Shown piece after piece: positions 59,238-64,000 of a stretch of 64,000 bases of DNA (the first letter of the stretch is position 1; the number at the start of each line of letters is the position of its first letter). The stretch covers positions 167,524,001 to 167,588,000 of the forward strand of contig OZ360225.1 of the NCBI GenBank assembly GCA_977017645.1. Reading direction: 5' to 3'. This stretch comes from Torpedo marmorata. Taxonomy: Eukaryota. A program made the translations under genes and the position numbers. Under the pieces are notes generated by a model, which worked only from the letters and a program-made list of their open reading frames with translations, was not told the origin of the DNA and ran no database searches.

Positions 59238-60800
59238 ATCAGAATCAGAATTTATTGTCATGAACATGTCACGAAATTCATTGTTTTGCAGCAGCATCAC
59301 AGTGCAAACATTTATATAAGCCACCTTACAAAATAAATAAAAATAGTGCAAAATAAAATCAAAGTAAGGCAGTGTTTGTGGTTCATTGTTCATTCAGCAT
59401 TCAATCCTAACTGCATGCTGTAACTTTGATTTTTTTTTAAGTCGACTACCATCGGTTCCGCACGGGCTTTGAACGGCCCATTAAAGGAGCCGACGGTGGT
59501 TTTATTTAAGATCCCGCGACCACGGGGTCTGCGCCCAAGATGGCAGCGCCTTTTAACCGGCAGCAGCCATGAGGGGCTGCAGATTCCGGGGAAGCAGAGG
59601 ACTGGAGCAGGGCACCAGAGGACAGGAAGATCAGCGCCCCCCTCCACCCCCCCCCCCATCTGAGAAGGAGAAGCGGAGGAGACGACACACGGGACGGTAA
59701 CCACGGCGGCGGACCGGTGAGGGGCTCTGAGGCTGAAGGACCAGTGCATGCGGTGGGCTGCTGGCGACTCGAGGCAAGGAACCCGCGGAGGCGGTGGGCT
59801 GCTGGAGACTGCTGTCAGGGGACTCACGCTGGGCTGCAGACTGCTGGAGGCTGGCTCGAACTGGCTGGAGGAGTACCAGGTATCGGAACCGGGATGCAAG
59901 GGGGTGCCGAGGGCAACCTGACCGTGTTGGAGGTTCGGATCTGGAGCTCAGGATGCCGATGGTTTGGACTGGCCTCTGTGTGGCTGCGGAGGCTGCAGAA
60001 GCGCTGGAGGCGAATCTATGGACACTCGGTGACTCTAGGGGGACTCTCTTTTGCTTCTCTTTCTCTGACTGTAAGGAATGTTAGAGGCACTTAGGCAATT
60101 TCTGCCGGTGGCGAATCTGTCTGCCTTGCAGCAGGCAAAAAGAAATTTCATGGAATATGACACTGTCTTATTACTATGACAATAAATTGAATCTTGGATC
60201 TTGATGGCAGAGGGGAAGAAGCTGTCCTTGTGCCACTGAGTGTTCGTCATCAGGCTTTTGTACCTTTTTCCCGATGGTAGCAGAGTGAAGAGGGGTATGG
60301 CTTGGGTGGTGGGGGTCCTTGAGGATAGAAGCTGCTTTCTTAAGACACTGCCTCTTGTAGATATCCTCGATGGAGTGAAGACTGGTGCCCATGATGTCAC
60401 AGGCCGTTAACAACCCTCTGGAGTTTTTTCTTGTTCTGAGCATTGGCACCTCTGTACCAGCCAGAATGCTCTCCATGATACATCTGTAGAAGTTTTCGAG
60501 AGTCTTCGGTGACATACTGAATCTCCTCAAACTCCTCACAAAGCATAATTGCTGGTGAGCCTTCTTCGTGATTGCATTGAACTGGAGGCTCCAGGACAGA
60601 TCCCCAGAGATGTTGACACCCAGGAATTTGAAGTTCTTGACCCTCTCCACTGTTGACCCCTTGATGAGGACTGGTTCATGTTCTCCTGATTTCCTCCTGA
60701 AGTCCACAATCATCTTCTTGGTTTTGCTAACGTTGAGTGCAAGGTTGTTGGTGTCACACCACTCAACGAGCTGATCTATCTCCCTCCTGTACACTTCCTC
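59238..60800 (-). mobile_element. Rex1/Babar 3' part, split by an insertion at 59403-60201
   Basis: ORFs 60174-60794 and 60035-60400. Tail at 59238. The sequence CATTCAG..TC|TGATGGC is contiguous in the copy at ~57024-57041. Confidence 0.9.
59403..60201 (+). mobile_element. Non-coding GC-rich retroposon with a Rex1-type 3' tail
   Basis: CpG-rich body with no RT motif. Ends GAAATTTCATGG..ATGACAATAAATTGAATCTTGGATCTTG, like Rex1 3' ends. Confidence 0.7.
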
Positions 60801-61142
60801 ACAGCACTAGTTCTAAAGTACACAGAGTTGTCACACAAGGAAACTGTATCTTATTAACGATTGGTGTTAACTCACTCATGTACAAAAGTGGTTAAGGCCA
60901 TCTTAATGCAATTTTCACTGTACAATGCCTATTTTTGGGAATTGCACAGATAAATTTATAGACCCTAGATTTTTGTTACCTGTTTAGTATAAGCTGTGCT
61001 GATTGTATTTTCAATCAACCCACTTCACCTCGTTTTTAAATCCATTATAACAAAAACATCATTATTTTTCATTGCTCTTGGCATATCTAATTAAAATATC
61101 TTCTTTGTAATGTTATAGCCTTTTTTTTCTCCAGATTCTTCA

Positions 61143-61397
61143 GGACAGCACGGTTAGCGTAGCGGTTAGCGCAACGCTGTTACAGAGCCAGCAATTAGGA
61201 TTGAGTTTCTAATCCCGTGCTGTCTGTAAGGAGTTTGTAAGTTCTTCATGTGTCTGCGTGGGTTTCCTCTGGTTTCCTCCCAATGTTCAAAACGTACAGG
61301 GAGTTGTAGGTCGATTGGGTGTAATTGGGCGGCACAGGCTCATGGGTTGAAATGGGCTGTTACCTTGCTGTATGTCTAAATTTAAAACAAATTAAAG
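61143..61397 (+). mobile_element. Full-length tRNA-derived V-SINE-like element
   Basis: A-box-like TAGCGTAGCGG, B-box-like GTTTCTAATCC, V-domain GTGTCTGCGTGGGTTTCCTC, CR1-like 3' end and A-rich tail. Confidence 0.85.
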
Positions 61398-61601
61398 ATT
61401 AGTCTTTTATTATTGGCTTTCTTTTAATTATATGACTTTTTCCTTTTTATCTATAACTATCTGTTTACATCTCTCTACAAGTCGCTTGGCAGTTTCATTT
61501 AGCTAGACTAGGTCATCTTTATGCATTGAAAATATTAGTTTATTGAAGTTAGAATCATCTTCTTGCAGAAATTTTATGATCACAAGGCTTTGCGTCATAA
61601 C

Positions 61602-64000
61602 TTTTTAGATTAGATACACTTTATTGTCATTGTACCAGTGCAAAACAAGCCAATGAGATACAATTAGCATCCAACCAGAAGTTAAAAAAAATAGTGCTAT
61701 ATACATCACGAGTCAAACATGTGCAATTAAAACCAACAACAAACTTATTCAACAAATAAACTATTATAAAAGTACTGATATTACAATATGAGTGCAGTAC
61801 CACTCAGCGCTGTGATTCAATGTTCATCAGGCTCACAGCCTCATGAAAAAAACTCTTCTTGAGCCTGCTGGTACGCGAGCGAAGGCTCCTGTAGCGCCTG
61901 CCCGATGGGAGAAGAGTAAAAAGTCCACGATTTGGGTGTGATGCATCCTTAATGATGTTCCTCACCCTGCCCAGACACCGTTCCCTATAGATGTTCTCGA
62001 TGGTAGGCAATTGCATGCCAATAATCCGCTGGGCAGTTTTCACCACCCGCTGGAGTGCTTTGCGGTCTTGTGCTAGACAATTACCATACCACACCGAGAT
62101 GCCATATGTTAGTACGCTCTCAATGGTACATGTATAGAAATCCAGCAATATCCTGGGACAGAGGTGTACCTTCCTCATGCTTCGCAGAAAATAAAGACGC
62201 TGTTGTGCCTTTTTAATCAGTATTGAAGAATTCAGGGACCAGGTAAGATCTTTGGAAAAATGGACGCCAAGAAATTTAAAGCTCGACAGACGTTCCACCA
62301 CAACTCCATCGATGTAAATAGGGACGTGAGTGTGGCTTCCAGCACGCCTGAAGTTCACAATGATTTCCTTGGTCTTCTGAGTATTGGGTGTCAAGTTATT
62401 ATCGGCACACCACAAGGCCAGGTGCTGAACCTCATCGCTATAGGCCGTTTCATCGTCCCCTCTGATCAGGCCAACCACTGTGGTGTCATCTGCGAACTTG
62501 ATTATAGAATTTGTACTATGTACAGGAACGCAGTCAGAGGTAAAAAGGGAATACAAAAGAGGGCTCAACACACAACTCTGAGGTACGCCGGTATTCAAGG
62601 TAAGGATGGAAGAGAAAAGACTGCCTAATTTAACAGATTGGGGTCTTTTAGTTGGAAAGTCCAAAATCCAATTACAGAGGGATGAACTGATACCAAGCAG
62701 ATGGTTTGGTAATCAGCTTGGAGGAATCACAGTGTTGAAAGCCGAGCTAAAGTCAATGAACAGCATTCTGACATAAGAGTTAGAGCTGTCCAAGTGAGTC
62801 AAAGCAGAGTGGAGTACTGTTAAAATGGCATCCTCGGTCGATCTGTTGATACGGTAGGCACATTGATGAGAGTCCATGGTGGCAAGCAAACAGAATTTCA
62901 GATGTGATAAGACCAGCCTCTCAAAACACTTTGTGATGATGGGGGTGAATGCAACTGGACGGTAGTCATTCAGACTCATAACGGTAGAATGCTTCAGCAC
63001 TGGCACAATGGTAGCAATCTTGAAGCTCGTTGGAACAACTGCCTTGGCTAGGGACAGATTGAAAATGTCCGTAAAGACCCCAGCCAACTGTTCTGCACAG
63101 GCTCCAAGCACATGGCCAGGTATGCCATCCGGACCAGCTCAAGGTGGCCCATATGTCAGAGATGGAAAGTGAGAGAGGCAGTTCATCAGGTAGAAGATCC
63201 GCCTTGAAAGTGACCTCCTTATTCTCTCGGTCAAAGCGAGCGTAGAAGTAGTTAAGCTTCTCAGAGAGGAAGGCACAGCTAGAAGGAGGCGCAATACTAG
63301 ATGATTTGTAGTCTGTGATAATCTGTATGCCCTGCCACATACGCCGAGGGTCCGAGGATTTAAAATGCTCTTCGATCTTTTGTTTATATGTATATTTAGC
63401 CTGAGAGATTCCCCTCCTTAAGTTGGTCCTGGCTAAGCCATAAGTCTCCCGGTCTCTAGATATGAAGGCTATATCTCTGTCTTTGAGCAAACGGTGAACC
63501 TCACTGTTCATCCATGGTTTTTGGTTAGCAAATATTTTTATTTTCTTTTGTGATGTCACTCCATCCACACACTTGTTGATATACTCAAGAACAGAGTTTG
63601 TATATGAATCAATATCAATCTGAGAATCTGCGATAGCATGGGCAGCAAACACCTCCAATCTGTATGTTGAAAATGTTGCTGAAGAACAAGGTCAGCACCC
63701 TCAAGTCAGATCTTAATAGTCTTCATTGTGGGTTTTACCCGTTTAATAACTGGACTATACCTGGGAAGCATAAACAGTGAAAGATGGTCAGACTGTCCCA
63801 GGTGAGGGAGGGTAGTGGTTTTGTAAACGTCAGCCACATTTGTATAAACCTGATCTAAGGTTACATTTTGATGGAATCTTGGAAGCACAGTACGGAAGTT
63901 GCAGTGATTAAAGTCCCCAGCCACAATAAAGGCTCCGCCTGGATGCAATGTCTGCAACTTGCTGATAGCAGCACTGAGGTCTTTCATGGCTACTTTAGCA
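61602..64000 (-). mobile_element. Rex1/Babar LINE (distinct subfamily), runs off the window
   Basis: Endonuclease piece 63706-63987 (AGDFN, TLDQVY, SDH), then 62966-63658, 62713-63111 and 61804-62664 ([13 protein letters not shown]). (AATCT)n tail. Confidence 0.94.

Noticed and set aside
58827-59899. 188-aa and 169-aa minus-strand ORFs
   Set aside because: They are chance read-throughs across Rex1 UTR, old RTE and GC-rich retroposon sequence.
61143-61220. tRNA gene
   Set aside because: The tRNA-like head continues into a V-domain and LINE-like tail, so it is a SINE, and there is no complete cloverleaf.

Overview
Eukaryotic, repeat-saturated genomic DNA. By inference from the element mix (CR1, Rex1/Babar, L1, RTE, Penelope, V-SINE, Mag-type Gypsy), it is most likely intergenic or intronic DNA of a cartilaginous fish. 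I could not support any host-gene exon. Two large nests dominate. (1) 8000-22973: a Gypsy LTR element (TSD GCCTC, tRNA-Leu PBS) carries a Rex1 and an L1 internally. Its 3' LTR holds a solo LTR, which holds an internally deleted class III (ERV-L/ERV-S-like) provirus (13895-19116, TSD CCCTG). A young 2.6-kb L1 sits in the same 3' LTR. (2) 41720-50460: a CR1 3' end is split by a second Gypsy of the same family that lacks RT/RNase H. That Gypsy's 5' LTR holds a nearly intact full-length CR1 (45177-50192) with a tandem-monomer 5' UTR, an SGNH-esterase ORF1 and an ORF2 broken by one stop. The most interesting signals are: an in-frame U_UUA_AAC slippery heptamer joining CR1 ORF1 to ORF2 in the -1 frame; the mosaic class III provirus with unexplained internal DNA and arrayed CGTGGGAA (CSL/RBPJ-type) LTR motifs; minimal hammerhead ribozyme motifs in Penelope ends; a composite fold-back hAT MITE; and an 800-bp non-coding retroposon with a Rex1-type tail. 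All coordinates and identities were read by eye, and boundaries of old fragments are approximate.
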